From positions 81,034,001 through 81,098,000 of the forward strand of contig NC_043005.1 of NCBI RefSeq assembly GCF_006345805.1: a stretch of DNA of 64,000 nucleotides, written 5' to 3'. The DNA is from Octopus sinensis (lineage: Eukaryota). The position numbers were made by a program, and so were the translations under genes. A model generated the notes under the pieces. The model searched no databases. It saw nothing but the letters and a program-made list of their open reading frames with translations, and had not been told where the DNA came from. Below are positions 1 to 12,906 of the stretch, piece after piece (the first letter of the stretch is position 1; every line of letters begins with the position of its first letter).

Positions 1-863
1 GCATATGACTGCCAAATCCACCAATTTTCTATAACACTTGATGTATTAGTCTCTTACCAAATATTAGAAAGTGGCGTAAATCTCATGTTTAAGTTATACC
101 TTTCTTATACAACTTTCTGATCCAGAATTCTACAAACTGAAAGTCAGAAGAAACTTAATATTGCAGATTTTATTTACCAAGTGTCTGAAACAAACACCTG
201 TCATTGAATCATTGAAGTGTGTCATTTTTAGCATACACGTACATATATACAAATATAGTAATAGGTTGGTTCAATCAAAACATCCTAGTGTAGGTCGATA
301 GTAAACTTCAAGTATGTGTTCAGCTAGTATAAATGACAGACGTTTGACAATATACAATAGAACGTTTTCGTGTATCATCGTTTGTATGGCGGTTGTCAGT
401 TTATCGAAATCGCTTTTGATTTCAATGTGGGACGATATCAGTAACTTACGATAGTAAATAGTCTCTTTGCATCGTATGATGTCTACTACCTATCATCTAT
501 ATCCAAATATATCTATGCACATACATATAATGATCATACCTAATATATTTGTATATATTCGTGTATATATATATATATATATGATATTTGTGCATATATA
601 CGATGATACATTGTAGTTATAAATTATTATCATCTATATTTGAGCTATAATTGCAGAGATGCAGTGTCTTTTTCAAGAATTTATATGATAACAAGATTAT
701 ACAAAAGCATGGCAAGACGAAGACACCATTTCAGAGATATCGACTATATCATCCACAGGGTTCAGGATTTTTTCTCAAACATGATAATCAAAAACAAAAA
801 AAATACTTGTTCAAATTGAAAGGATATACAGCTCATGTGACTATCTTGAGAAACAATATTAGT

Positions 864-3240
864 TTATAAGCGTAATATCTCAGACATAGGAAAATGTCTT
901 TGTAATCTTCCAGACTATTTTATCATGTCCAATTCTTTGAGGAATTCAATGAAGCTCTCATACAATTTCATGCTGTTTCGCACATCTTCATGGATCTGTC
1001 GCAGACAGAACATCACTGTAACTATATAGTTTTATTGGTCTGGATATCCCCATTGAGTTACAAATGAGATTACCAATTCAGTTTGTTGAGCAACATTTTC
1101 ACGAGGATTTTCCCGTTGTAGCACTTTCGTAGCTTATGCGTTAATCTCATCAACCATTATAAATCTAAGAAAGGTGCTTAACTCTCTCCAGTTATCTGGG
1201 TCTTGTTAAGTCTTGAGCATCGATTATTAATGAGATTATATCCTTCAATGCAATTTCCTTATTTGATACTATTTCTTACTAATTTGATTTTTTTATGAAT
1301 TCAACGAGGTAAGTTTGGCTGTTTCACATTTAAGTTGGTGTTTGTGCTAGAATTAACGGTTATATGTTTCGATGTATTTTAGCTGTCTATGACAGAATAG
1401 GAAGTAGTTTGTAGTATTGCAAAATAGGTGTGTAGTGGATTTCCGTTCTGTTGTTTGTGACAATATTGGTGATTAAAGACTGACTGATGATCTTTCAAAC
1501 ATCTGATATCCCTAATTGCAAAACCTCTACTAATTATGTGTAAGTTACCTGATTTAAATTTAAATCAAGATGTACTTAAACCATAAAAATCATTGAAACA
1601 TTGAATTTATGCTTTTAAATTTAAGGCTTGTAACAAAGAATTTATTAGAAAATTGATACGTAGCTTGAAAAACAGATACAAATTAATCATTCACAGACAA
1701 AAAATATGACATACTAATTCTAGACATATTCCACAAAGTAAACATGTAGACCTATGAGCAAAATACAAATAAATTCACCTCACCTTGTCCTATCAAATCC
1801 ACGCATTAAATACAGAATTATAAAAAAAAATATGTTTATATATAAAGATGGAAAGTAGGATGGAATAAGACATAGAATGTGTCAAACAAAGCCATTATAT
1901 TGTTGTAGTTCACACTGTCACACATAAACACACAAGCAACCATTTAAACAACTCGTTATGACTTGCATACAAACATGTAATGTATTTCTAAACTGATTAG
2001 AGCTATTCTGAAAACTGGTAGCTCATGCTATTACATGGTTTCATGATGCATTCATTAGCTTAACATAGGATTGACTTTTGCTGTAATTACCATTTCTAAT
2101 ATAATATAATCTATTATAATTACATAACACACAATTGCTATCGACGATGACAAATATTATATTCATTGAACAATTACAGTAAGATTTGCCGCAAATATTT
2201 CGATGCAGTCAACTGACCCTCTGTCCTCGTGGCATGCTTCAACAAACGAAGCTGTACCCCAAATGATAGCAATATGAACTGTGAACTCTCTATAAAATTG
2301 ACAAGATTTCATATTCCAGTTAAGATAAATTCGGTATAGTTCTGAGCCCATCTACTACACTCTGCTTATGAAAATCATGAAACTGTGGAACTGGCTTTTA
2401 TGAATATAGCTTTTTAAAGACACCAAGCACGTTGTCAACATGTTCCTTCAAGTAACACATACACACAAACACATAGACATACATACAAACACACATGCAC
2501 AACTACAGACACTGGCACAATCACGCAGACACAGACGCACACAAAAACACACACACAGACACAAATACAAGCATACACACTCACACACACAAACACACAC
2601 AAGCACACCTTTAACAATATGTCGACTAAGTTTCGTATCACTCCAAATATATGTGTTAAGAGCTACTTATTTTCATTTCTTCACTTACACATTTACATAC
2701 TCTCGCTCACACACACATGCATACAGACACATATATAAATAATTGTGTGTGTGAGTGTGTGTGTGTGTGTGTGTCTTTGTGCCAGTGTGTGTGTATGTGA
2801 AGTAGTGCATGTATATATGTGTCTGTCTCGTCATGTATGGAAACCCTAGCGGCAACGTATTGATGCAGCACATGGCATTGATATTGTGCTTTGTATATTG
2901 TGAGTAATTACAGCGTATTGTTATATGATCAATCGTGATTTACAAGATGGAGATGTTATGATGTTAACTATTCAATTCATGACTACCTCACAGCCTTTTT
3001 GTATATCTAGCACCAAATGTTACAATGTGTCCTTTCTTCTATAAAAGCAATGAATTCAAAGATCTGTATTTAATATCAGTTGCTCTCCTTGCTATTTCTA
3101 GCACATTCAGTGACAGCAATGCGAGAGAAAAAGACAATATCTTGTTCGTTCTTCTTTGAGATACGATATTGTTAACTTTGACCTTGTTTGCAATTGTGTC
3201 TGTATTTGTGTTGAAACTATCAGTGTGTGTATACTTGTCT
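864..3240 (-). pseudogene. Degenerate multi-exon TIR-like plus death-domain-like gene (innate-immune adaptor relic)
   Basis: Manual minus-strand translation. Exon-like block 3240-2987 (polypyrimidine-AG acceptor, GT donor) gives EERTRYCLFLSH...IHCF/IEER (TIR box1/2-like). Block 2382-2165 gives FMIFIS/..RWAQNYTEF..NLVNFIESSQFILLSF. Block 1548-864 gives DNWRELSTFLRFIMVDEINA*ATKVLQRENPRENVAQQTELVISFVTQW (death-domain-like WREL..ENP..QQ). Many stops and frameshifts. Confidence 0.45.
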
Positions 3241-3375
3241 CTGGATATAATAAAATATATGCTTTCGTGATTAAAAACAAAATTTTATAGAAGTGGTCCG
3301 CAACATGGGTTCCTCGGAACCTTGATTGTCTGATAAGGTAGTACTGGGTGTCCGCGAACTAAATTCCACATTTCA

Positions 3376-3478
<103 letters not shown>

Positions 3479-3496
3479 ATATCTGTATACATATAT

Positions 3497-3546
<50 letters not shown>

Positions 3547-4112
3547 AGATTAAGGTGGACAGACGCAATTCAAAACCAAAAGAGAAATAACTGAGCGGTT
3601 CTAAACAGGAAAGGGGCTTTTTGTGAGAAAAGGATTCTTTGACTCTTATTTTTAGTAATGGTGGTGGTCCCTGCAGCCTTCGTCACTGTTTAGTGATGGT
3701 GAGTAATATATATGTATATATATGCATGCATATATATATATATATATATATTGGGTATGTGTGTGTGCGTGTGTGTGTGTGTAAATAATGGGAAAAGAAA
3801 ATATTTGTATGCCACAATATTCTGATAAATAGACCTTAGATCGTCTAACCATGTCCAATATTTTTCACTGTAACTACACGGCGTGTTGAAACGAGGAAAG
3901 CAAGCTAACAGAAAGTTTAAAACTTCGTTATTCTCGAATCGGACCGATTTCTGGATTAATCCACACGGGTTCTTCTTTTTTCAGCGAGAAACACGATAAG
4001 AATAAGTGGAACATCTACTTTTTCCGTGGGTATATGTGGCTGTTTACATATGTGGGCATCCATGACTGTATATGTGTATATACGTATACATCCATCCAAT
4101 GTGCCTGTGAGT

Positions 4113-4182
<70 letters not shown>

Positions 4183-4250
4183 TGTATGTATGTGTGTATG
4201 GTTGCACATATATATATATGTATGCATGTATGTATGTTTGCACGTAGTCA

Positions 4251-4441
4251 TTAGGTTGGTGCATAATTATTGCGGCTTTTTTTTCAACAAATGGTATTCA
4301 AGAAAACAATGACAACATTTAACAAAAAACATCTTTAAGTGATTATTCCGCAGTATATTCACCATTTACTTGAATTTCTGCTTGGCGTTTTGTGTAAATT
4401 TTTGGGTGAATAAAACCCTCAGTAATTATGCACCAACCTAA
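4251..4441. mobile_element. Mariner-family MITE (191 bp)
   Basis: TIRs TTAGGTTGGTGCATAATTA / TAATTATGCACCAACCTAA; right flank TA, left flank CA (decayed TA TSD). The TIR resembles the Hsmar1/MADE1 type TTAGGTTGGTGCAAAAGTAATTGCGG. Confidence 0.85.
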
Positions 4442-4449
4442 TATATATA

Positions 4450-4533
<84 letters not shown>

Positions 4534-5883
4534 TATATATACACTTATTCATATTTATTTTAAAGAGCGCATTCCTATGTCAATTTTAATTTTGGTTATT
4601 GCGTATGTTTTCCGTGAAAGTTCACATTATAGTCAGTTTTGTTGTTATAAAGAAATAAATCCGCAACCTGAGATCGGTTTTGCTACGTAATTCTCGCTTT
4701 CCTAATCGGAACTACACGAATAAGTTCGCACTATCATGCTTGCTGACGTAAAAAGCATTTTATGATTGGATATTAGTAGAATTCATTTCTTTATGGTGAA
4801 TTATCTGTCTTTTGTTAAGTAGAAGGGAGTTTTACATTTTTCTCGATATTTTATTACATACATAGTTCATTGTCTTTTTATTCGCAACGGTTTGCTTTGC
4901 CGTACTTAAAATATTTCTTTTATCACTATTTTTCGAAATTGGGAAGTGCATTCCATATATTTATTTTTTCAATAAATAAAATTACTTTTGAAATAATATT
5001 ATCTCGGTTTGGCTCCATAGAATTAATCATCTATTAATTATTACTATCCTTTTTGTGATTTATTGTCTGAAAAGCAAATCTTTCCGACTGAATGTTTTTC
5101 ACTTTTCCCAAGGAACAGAAAAGATGATATATATATTTACTTCTTTTCTTGCTGATTAGAATTTCATTAAAAAATGTATCTCATTATACATAAATCATTC
5201 CTTTTTTTTTGTTTATTATCTCATTACATACACTCAATTTTCTGGTTAAATATTCATTCGCAAAATTTTCTGTTGGTCTCTTTTTATGATTTTTTTTCTA
5301 TTCCCTCTTATTTCCTTCACAATTTCGTCAATAGTAGTAAGTCTTCTTTTTAATTATTAATATTAAATATTAATGTAAATTATTGCTGATCTTTGACTTT
5401 TAAGACGAATGACTACTTAATTCATAATATGTCTCTCAACTATCTCACAGAGATCTACTGCCTTACAACCTAAATATCAGTGGACAACTCTCATTTGCTA
5501 CGATGACTCATGATTTGAATGAAAAGTGGTGGTGGTTAAAACAGGAAAAGAAAGCTAAGATAGAAAACGTGAAGAACAATGGAAATAACTGTAAACTATA
5601 AAAAACATCAGTCAGCGTTTCTTCTATATTTTTTTTTAAGTATACAAGTTATTAAAAGTCAAACATTACATGAATGTCAATAATAGGAAAATGGCCATAC
5701 CGAGCTGGAAGAAAGAAAACAATCACAAAAAATCAACGATCTATTTTCACTTGCTCTACAGCTTTGTCCAAAAAACAGTAAAAGGAGATGTGAACACCAT
5801 CTAAGTTTAACGAGTATCACAAACATACAGTCCATTTGACTCATGTTGCCGATGGCACAGTAAATTTCTTATCATCTTTTCAG

Positions 5884-7247
5884 ATATATTCATGTTAAAT
5901 TATAAAACACTCGCTAATATAATGCGGAGTCTATAATGAAAGAGTTTAGAAAACCAGATTTATTTACGGCTACGAAACTGATTTCTTCTTGCAATGAAAT
6001 TCCTAGACAATTTCCTTATCAGTGACATCGTAGAGTTGCAACAAATTTTAAGATGAAAGTAAGAAATATACTGAACAATGACTTCAAGAATATCACTTTG
6101 GAAATAGCTTATGTTTGTAATTATTGAATTCCAGATACAACGGTTTTACTTCCATGCTCATATCCCTAATAATGGGAGAAGGGAGTTACATTTAATAACC
6201 AGGAGGATCTAGATTTAGCCTTGTGATCAAAGTACTTAATATGTATAAATGACCAGGATCTTATGAAGCCTTTATCAAATACATGATTGAAGTTCTTGCG
6301 GTAATATATAGCCTGATACACAATACTAAGGGAATAATTAATATCGTAAATGTTTCTTTTAATAATTTCACGATGCATTCTTTAACAAACAGTTTTCGAA
6401 TATCCACAATATAAAAAACAATGAACACAAAAAATTAACAAAGTTAAATTGCTCTGAACGTATGGCATTCCGTCCAGCAAACAGCTTACCTTCGATGCTA
6501 ACTACGATATCAATACAGGAATAAGTTCTTCAGTGAATCAGTCAAATGCATCTTTAAGTATATACACAACAGATACCATTGTGTCAATGTTCAAATTCAC
6601 GAAATGAATGGGAGCCAACAACTTAGAGATTGTCAATGCCAACCATATAAATGCTCATGAAGTAATGTCACAACTCTCAGAATTCAAAATGCCTGGCTAA
6701 TCACACGCGGTTGTACAGATGGCCGTGCATTTGATAAGAGAACAAAGAATTTACATCAAAGAGAGAAATAACATAGAAGCTTTAGAAGTGGATAATCGTA
6801 AATACACATACACATGTGAACGTGCCTCCTGTGCAATCAATATTTGCAGACAATAATATGCTCGTAAATTCCTATTAGCATTTTGGTTTTCACAAGATTA
6901 CTAAATGTAGAGAATCAAGAATTGGCGAATGTGGTGAAACTATTACGAGAAAATACAATGTCAGTCGAAAATATTAGGATGAAAGCAATTACATTTCAGA
7001 GTTTCTAGACTGTGAATGAAATTATGTATGTCCTGTTACAGATGCTAGAGACCGACGAAATTTACACGCAGCGAAGAAATTATTCTTCAAAGTAATTCTC
7101 TTCAGATGTAAGAAATTTACTTTCTGTGATATTTCTATACATAATCTCAAACTGCCAGTGCAAATCTATAAGTATTATGAAGAAATTACGTTGAAAGATT
7201 TACTTAACCAAAGTTATTTTTGGAAACAGCAAAGACGAAATGCTTAA
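5884..7247 (+). pseudogene. Degenerate coding block, probable paralog of the 864-3240 TIR/death-domain-like relic
   Basis: Follows the acceptor TCATCTTTTCAG (ends 5883); lacks microsatellites. Near 6885-7060 reads LVFTRLLNVENQELANVVKLLRENTMSVENIRMKAITF..IMYVLLQM, which aligns by eye with the minus-strand death-domain-like block. The 5' part has weak TIR-like YETDFFL..DNFLISDIVEL. Confidence 0.35.
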
Positions 7248-7625
7248 ATTTCGGTGTAAACACTTTATTAATGTCTGCTTTAATGTGTTTCTCATCAGGA
7301 TTAACCACTTCTGGAATTAGTTTACAAAATTTTAATAAGCAACAATAACTACGCAAACAAAATAAATTGAAGAAATTGTGAGAGATTGAATTTTATTCAT
7401 CGTGAAAGAATGACATCAACGTCACTTGGTGAGATAGACTAATTCATAATAGGTCTCTCAACTCTTTGAAAACAATTAATGGTTATTGATCGTTGCTCAC
7501 GCAATAAATTATATCTCCACTCAACAATTTGCATTGCATACTCAGTAACTGCTGTGCTTCCCAGACTCAATATTAACATCAGCCATTCTATGATTGCCTT
7601 AATATTTGTTTTTCGTTCAGGCTTA

Positions 7626-7790
7626 AAGGTAGCAGAATGGTTAGCACGCCGGACAAAATAACTTGAGTTATTTAGTGCTGTGTTCAAATTCCGGCGAATC
7701 GACTTTGTCTTTCATTCTTTCGGGGTTGATGGAATAAGTATCAGTTTAACACGAAATTGATTACTGGCCTTGTGGCGAAATTTAAAATCA
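7626..7790 (+). mobile_element. Degenerate tRNA-derived SINE (Nin/Deu-like domain family)
   Basis: GGTAGCAGAATGGTTAGCACGCC head, GTTCAAATTCC B-box, TTTCATTCTTTCGGGGTTGAT domain; homologous to 9667-9878. Confidence 0.7.
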
Positions 7791-8420
7791 GTTTGTGTTT
7801 TTGTTATCGTCCCTGGGATATAGCTTCCCCATCCTTGCTAACGAATCGGTTGCTGAGACACACCGTACATAGTGCTGATCAGTTGAGCACCTTTCACAGA
7901 ATATGGAATGTTCTTTTCTTCACAGGACTTTGCCTTGTTTGTTTTGGGATTCTAAATTATGAATGTATTGTCTGGTTATCAAAATTCTGTCAATTCTACC
8001 ATTATTTCTTTTACCAAGGCTTAAATTTCCCATAGGAGTGGGTAGCCAAAACAAGACACACACCAGGCATTCTATTCATTTCCTAGCTCAAAGAGGCGAG
8101 TTCCGTCTCATGCTCGGGTCAAGGCATAAAAAGCAACCCCTGATACCAGCAGCGGGACCAGAGAGCATATGCTGGTTTACTACCGCTGCATCATTCTGGT
8201 TTCGTACCTCTTTGAGCAACATCAGTTCACTCATCCGTCCGCAATCACTCTCCAAGCTTTCCTATCAATTATAAACTCTGACCAGGAACTCCATATTTAC
8301 CAACAACATTTTCTACTTCCTCATTTTCCACTTGCACATTCATATCACCTAACACCACCACATAGCCACATCTCCCCTACCCTATCCACGCACTCCTTTA
8401 TTTGTACCATTAAGTTAACT

Positions 8421-8640
8421 TTCACTTGTTCAAGTCAATAGACTGCGGCCATGCTGTGGTACCGCCTTCAAGAGTTTAGTCAAAAGAAATCACCACTTGT
8501 ACTTAATTTCTTTATGATTGTGCTCTACCAAACTGTATAGGTCTGCAGATCGGTATCGGCCTGCACTGCCGAACCGTTACATTACTGGGACGTAACCAAA
8601 CCAACAGCTGCTTTCAATGGATGTTGCTGAACAAATACAA
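8421..8640 (-). mobile_element. Degenerate 3' part of CORE-like SINE
   Basis: Reverse complement of the family tail GGCGGT.CC.CAGCATGGCCGCAGTC...; homologous to 14537-14920. Confidence 0.7.
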
Positions 8641-8959
8641 ACACTAAGCTATACATATACACACAGGCATATATATAGGCACACTCACACATATATGCAG
8701 GCTGTTCGGGTTAAATCTGACGATTTTTAGATCCCCTGTTTGCAGGAACTGCTTGTCGTATTGTTGAACATTAAACAACTTTGGGGAGCATAAAGGTTAA
8801 TGCTGAGAGCCATCTACTACTGGAAAAGTATTACCTTTAGTATGATGGTTCCGGCCAGGTATCAAAATGTTGACATCCTGACTGCCACTCAATGCTCGTG
8901 AGCACCGTAAAACTGTAAGATGTGACATGGACAACTGAAACGGTTACTACAAAACGTGG

Positions 8960-9346
8960 ACAGCAGGAAGAGACAGAACAAAAATCTTTGAACAAAGGCG
9001 TGGCTAGCAGGAAGGGACATAGCAAGCGTCTTTCAACAAAGGCGTGACTAGAAGGAAGGGACAGAACAAGCGTCTTTAAGCAAAGAGTGTCAAGCAGGAA
9101 GGGCGAGAGCAAATGTCTTTGAACAAAGGCATGGCTAGCTTGAAGGGACAGAGCAAGCGTGTTTCTGAAAAGGCGTGGCTAGAAGGAAGGGACAGAACAA
9201 GCGTGTTTGAACAAAGGCGTGGCTAGCAGGAAGGGACAGAGCAAGCGTGCTTCAGTAAAGGCGTTGCTACCAGGAAAGGGACAGAGCAAACGTCTTTGAA
9301 CAAAGGCGTGTTTAGCTGGAAGGGTAAGATCAAGCGTCTTTGAACA
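8960..9346. repeat. 44-bp minisatellite, about 9 copies
   Basis: Unit CAAGCGTCTTTGAACAAAGGCGTGGCTAGCAGGAAGGGACAGAG; AAGCGTC recurs at 9024 and 9068 (period 44); no spacers. Confidence 0.95.
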
Positions 9347-9666
9347 TAGCCGAAGCTTCAATTCAGAAAGCTATGTGAAACTGTTGGTCACTGTGATCAA
9401 TTTCTGACTGGAGAATGGTGATGGGAGATGATATGCGTGATAGCAGGATTCGTCGTCTTTCCATACTCTTGGAAAGAGTCAGAAGTAGCCGTCGGGGAAT
9501 TTCTACCACTTCGCCATCCATGTTACTCCGATTGTGGTACGATGGATTACTATGTGTGGCGTGCAGTTAAGAAAGACACCAAATGCTCTGCCTTCAACAC
9601 CAAGGCCAGCCTTGTGGCTAAGATCAAAGAGGTGTTCCAGTATCTTCCCAAGGACACAATGAAGTA

Positions 9667-9878
9667 AAGGCGGCGAGCTGGGAGAAACGTTAGTACGCCT
9701 TCGTCTGCCGCTACGTTCTGAGTTCAAATTCCGCGGAGGTCAACTTTGCCCTTCATCCTTTCGAGGTCGATTAAATAAGTACCAGTTACGCATCTGGGTC
9801 GATATAATCGACTTAATCCGTTTGTCTGTCCTTGTTCGTCCCCTCTGTGCGTAGCCCCTTGTGGGCAGGAAAGAAATA
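9667..9878 (+). mobile_element. tRNA-derived SINE (Nin/Deu-like domain) inserted in the transposase relic
   Basis: GGCGGCGAGCTGG head, GAGTTCAAATTCC B-box, CTTCATCCTTTCGAGGTCGAT domain; imperfect ~15-bp TSD AAGGACACAATGAAG / AAGGAAACTATGAAG. Confidence 0.9.
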
Positions 9879-11110
9879 AGGAAACTATGAAGAAGGCATA
9901 CGCCAGGTTCCGGAGCTGTATTGAGGTCGTGATGGAAGCTATGGCAACTACTTTGAGTAAACTGTTACCTTCCAGTCATAATCTAGCTTTGAAGTGGACT
10001 TCTTAATTTCGGAGCCATTCAGCCGTTCACAAAAGATTCAACTTTGTCTACTTTCTAAACAACTCGAAGCAGCTGTGATATTTAACGTTTACTTGAGCGT
10101 TTGTGAGTTTGTAAGGAATGGGATACAGTAGTGTGCATGATGAAAGATAAATATGTCAAAAGTGTGTGAGCAATAGGCCTCTCTAGTAATTAAGAGTGCT
10201 CAGTGGTTTAATTCTTTAATATTTTCCCTTTGGATCACAAAGTTTCACTTTGTGTTGCAGTGTAGAATCTCCAGCTTACACTTTTCTTGCGAAAGAAATC
10301 AAATATAAAGTGGAGATTTTAATAGGTTTAGGAGAAATTTGAAGTTGTGCAAACTCGTATCGTGAAGAACATTAAATGCACTAAAACCGTTTAATTGTGA
10401 CAACACAATTTATTCTACGTGGCTTTTGACCTGTAATTAGAAACTGTGTAACGCCATCAATTCTGCAAACGTTACATGCGATGATTTACTAATAACATGA
10501 AATTAAGTATAATAACCTCACACACAGAATCTTTCTCCTTATTCTCTGTGACTCTCCTCCGTCCCCTCGCTCTCTCTCTCCCTCTCTTTAGTTGACTATG
10601 TGTATGTTCCACTCTTAATTGTCGCTTTTGTTTATAGAACACGGAAGGAAATAATGTTAACTAACTCATTACGTAGAATGCATTGATTAACATGTCTTCA
10701 ACGAAATACACCGAAGTCCAGTAATCTAAAACAGATAATCGAGGTAAATTATTAATGTATTGCTGCCAGTTTGACAACGTTGCTGAAAATGACATGAACA
10801 CTCTCGATGGCACCTGTTTTATGTCTTTTAGCTAAAATCTAGTATAAAAATGTGTGAATGAGAACATTACTGATGAAATGATTATGCAAATGATGGTGCC
10901 TAATTAATATTTCGTCGTTGACTCGTTGATGGAAATCGTAGCAACGAGAAGGAGTTTAGTTTTCGATTCCAAAGCTTGATATTTTGAGTTTCTTCTCTTC
11001 AACAGCAACTGCGAGAAGACAAACAACTTGTCAGTATTATTCAGGGCTATGTATTTATGCGTTTGTACACATGTAACCACATATGTAAATAAATATATAT
11101 ATGTAAGGTC

Positions 11111-11374
11111 ATGGAACGAATAGTCAGAAGGAAGCTGATCACCTTCCTTGAAGAGAATGACTTGCTGCCCGACACCCAACATGGTTTCCGACCAGGGAGA
11201 AGCTGTTTAACGCAGCTCCTACAACACTATGACTGGGTGCTGAAACGGCTGCTCAACCACTCAAATGTGGAAGTGATATATCTCGACTTTGCAAAGGCCT
11301 TTGATAAAGTCGATCATGGAATGATATGTTACAAACTGCGTGATCTCAACATAGTTGGAAAACTGGGAGAATGA
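11111..11374 (+). CDS. LINE reverse transcriptase fragment (N-part)
   Basis: ORF track: QHGFRPGRSCLTQLL...YLDFAKAFDKVDH. Confidence 0.85.
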   Translation: MERIVRRKLITFLEENDLLPDTQHGFRPGRSCLTQLLQHYDWVLKRLLNHSNVEVIYLDFAKAFDKVDHGMICYKLRDLNIVGKLGE

Positions 11375-11394
11375 CTTCATGACTTTCTGAAATA

Positions 11395-12294
11395 GTGAGC
11401 GGGGTTCCGCAGGGCACTGTTCTGGGACCACTACTGTTCATAATGGCCCTCTCAGACATGCCCTCAGACATGCCCTCAGCCACGCAGAGAGCCACGATCA
11501 CAAGTTATGCAGATGATACAAAAGTTTCACAGGCAATACAGAACCCTGAGGACACTAAACACCTGCAATGTGAGCTGGACAAAATATACAAGTGGGCCGA
11601 AAAGAATAGCATGCAGTTCAATGCTGAAAAGTTTCAAGCTCTATACTATCAGCATGCAAAACTAAATGCAATACCCAATGAATACACTGGACCCGGAGGA
11701 ATAGCAATCCCAGAGGCACAATCAGTGCGTGACCTAGGTATTTACATGAGTGATGACGCGACCTTTCATGTACATGTTGCTAAATTGGCAATGAAATGTA
11801 GACGACTGGCCGGATGGATCCTCAGAACCTTTAGAACAAGAGAACAAGAAACCATGATGGTCCTCTGGAGGACACTTGTCCTAAGCCACTTTGACTACTG
11901 CTCTCAGTTATGGTCACCATCCAGTGTCAAGTTGATCACAGAGCTCGAGGCGATCCAACGTAGCTACACGAAGAAGATAGCCTCTATGCAGAATGTAAGC
12001 TACTGGGAAAGACTCAAGAGATTAAAACTATATTCCCTGGAGCGTAGGCGGGAAAGATATGCCATAATATACATCTGGAAGATCCTGGAGGTACGTGTCC
12101 TGAACTTTGGCATCGAGAGTTACGCAAATGCCAGAACTGGGCGCCACTGCGTGGTGCCTAGGACTCCAAACTTGTCATCAAGATGTAGGACAAGATTCTG
12201 TGATAGCCTGGGCTTCCGAGGCCCACAGCTCTTCAATATCCTCCCGAAGAACCTGAGAGACCTGCATGGGTGGATGCAGATGTCTTTAAAATGA
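11395..12294 (+). CDS. LINE reverse transcriptase fragment (C-part, YADD)
   Basis: ORF track 299 aa: SGVPQGTVLGPLLF, SYADDTK, VRDLGI; a 12-bp duplication gives SDMPSDMP. Confidence 0.9.
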   Translation: MSGVPQGTVLGPLLFIMALSDMPSDMPSATQRATITSYADDTKVSQAIQNPEDTKHLQCELDKIYKWAEKNSMQFNAEKFQALYYQHAKLNAIPNEYTGPGGIAIPEAQSVRDLGIYMSDDATFHVHVAKLAMKCRRLAGWILRTFRTREQETMMVLWRTLVLSHFDYCSQLWSPSSVKLITELEAIQRSYTKKIASMQNVSYWERLKRLKLYSLERRRERYAIIYIWKILEVRVLNFGIESYANARTGRHCVVPRTPNLSSRCRTRFCDSLGFRGPQLFNILPKNLRDLHGWMQMSLK

Positions 12295-12518
12295 AGCTGG
12301 ATCTCTTCCTGTCAGGTGTCCCAGATGAACCAACTTCACGGCAGGAGGGGCAGATGAGGGCTGCTGCATCGAACTCTCTCATGCACCAAATGGCAGTTGC
12401 TAGAAAGCTTTCGTGAAGTGAAACCAAGTAGCAACACCAAATGGCGGGGCCCCAGCATGACCAGAGCTCATAAGCTGAAACTAGAATCAATCAATCAATC
12501 AATCATAAATATATATAT

Positions 12519-12704
12519 TCAAAATGTGACCTCGTGTGTACCGATGGCAATTTTTTTCCCTCTGTCTTCCCTTATCTGGATCTTTCCTTCTCCTATGTTT
12601 CCGACGAATAGCTCCGCTCGAAACGTTAAACCCTCCTTCTTCCCTTTTTACCTGAGCGTCCACGTCCTCGCGTTGTGTTTTTTTGTGTTTTCTCGTTCGG
12701 ATTA

Positions 12705-12708
<4 letters not shown>
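12519..12708 (+). mobile_element. Penelope-like terminal-repeat fragment in (TA)n, carrying a hammerhead motif
   Basis: Homologous to 42564-42772 (reverse), 49770-49925 and the end of the Penelope element at 52891-53060. Confidence 0.7.
12597..12631 (+). ncRNA. Minimal type-I hammerhead ribozyme motif (one stem II mismatch)
   Basis: GTTT-CCGACGA-A-TAGC-TCC-GCTC-GAAAC-GTT-AAAC: stem I GTTT/AAAC, core variant CCGACGA, GAAAC. Confidence 0.6.
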
Positions 12709-12771
<63 letters not shown>

Positions 12772-12906
12772 GCACACACACACAGATACAAAGATATACA
12801 TGCACACACACACGTGCACTCACACATATATATACTTACATATACGAGTGAGGCGGAGATGTAGTGTTCTCGCATCTTAATTAAAACTATACATATATAT
12901 ATATAA

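Larger units (their letters stand above)
8698..9960 (+). mobile_element. Tc1/mariner-superfamily DNA transposon relic (maT/DD37D-like transposase C-terminus)
   Basis: 9350-9960 translates QDSSSFHT..KSQK...DCGTMDYYVWRAVKKDT...LVAKIKEVF..LPKDTMK, then the SINE, then KAYARFRSCIEVVMEA.GNYFE*. This matches decayed QD.A..H and PD.NP.DY..W motifs. Putative left end CAGGCTGTTCGGG at 8698. Confidence 0.75.
11103..12504 (+). mobile_element. 5'-truncated CR1-group (Jockey superclade) LINE
   Basis: RT motifs QHGFR.GRSC, YLDFAKAFDKV, GVPQGTVLGP, YADD; C-terminal LYSLERRR; (AATC)n 3' tail; 14-bp TSD ATAAATATATATAT at 11089-11102 and 12505-12518; internal stop and deletion near 11374-11395. Confidence 0.95.

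Noticed and set aside
3292-3362. hAT-MITE-like left end AGTGGTCCGCAACATGGG
   Set aside because: No convincing right TIR or 8-bp TSD found.
7860-8260. Possible LINE relics (RTFHIL*KVL on the minus strand)
   Set aside because: Too decayed to define boundaries or family with confidence.
8960-9346. CRISPR-like array
   Set aside because: Units are contiguous with no unique spacers, there are no cas genes, and the context is eukaryotic; it is a minisatellite.
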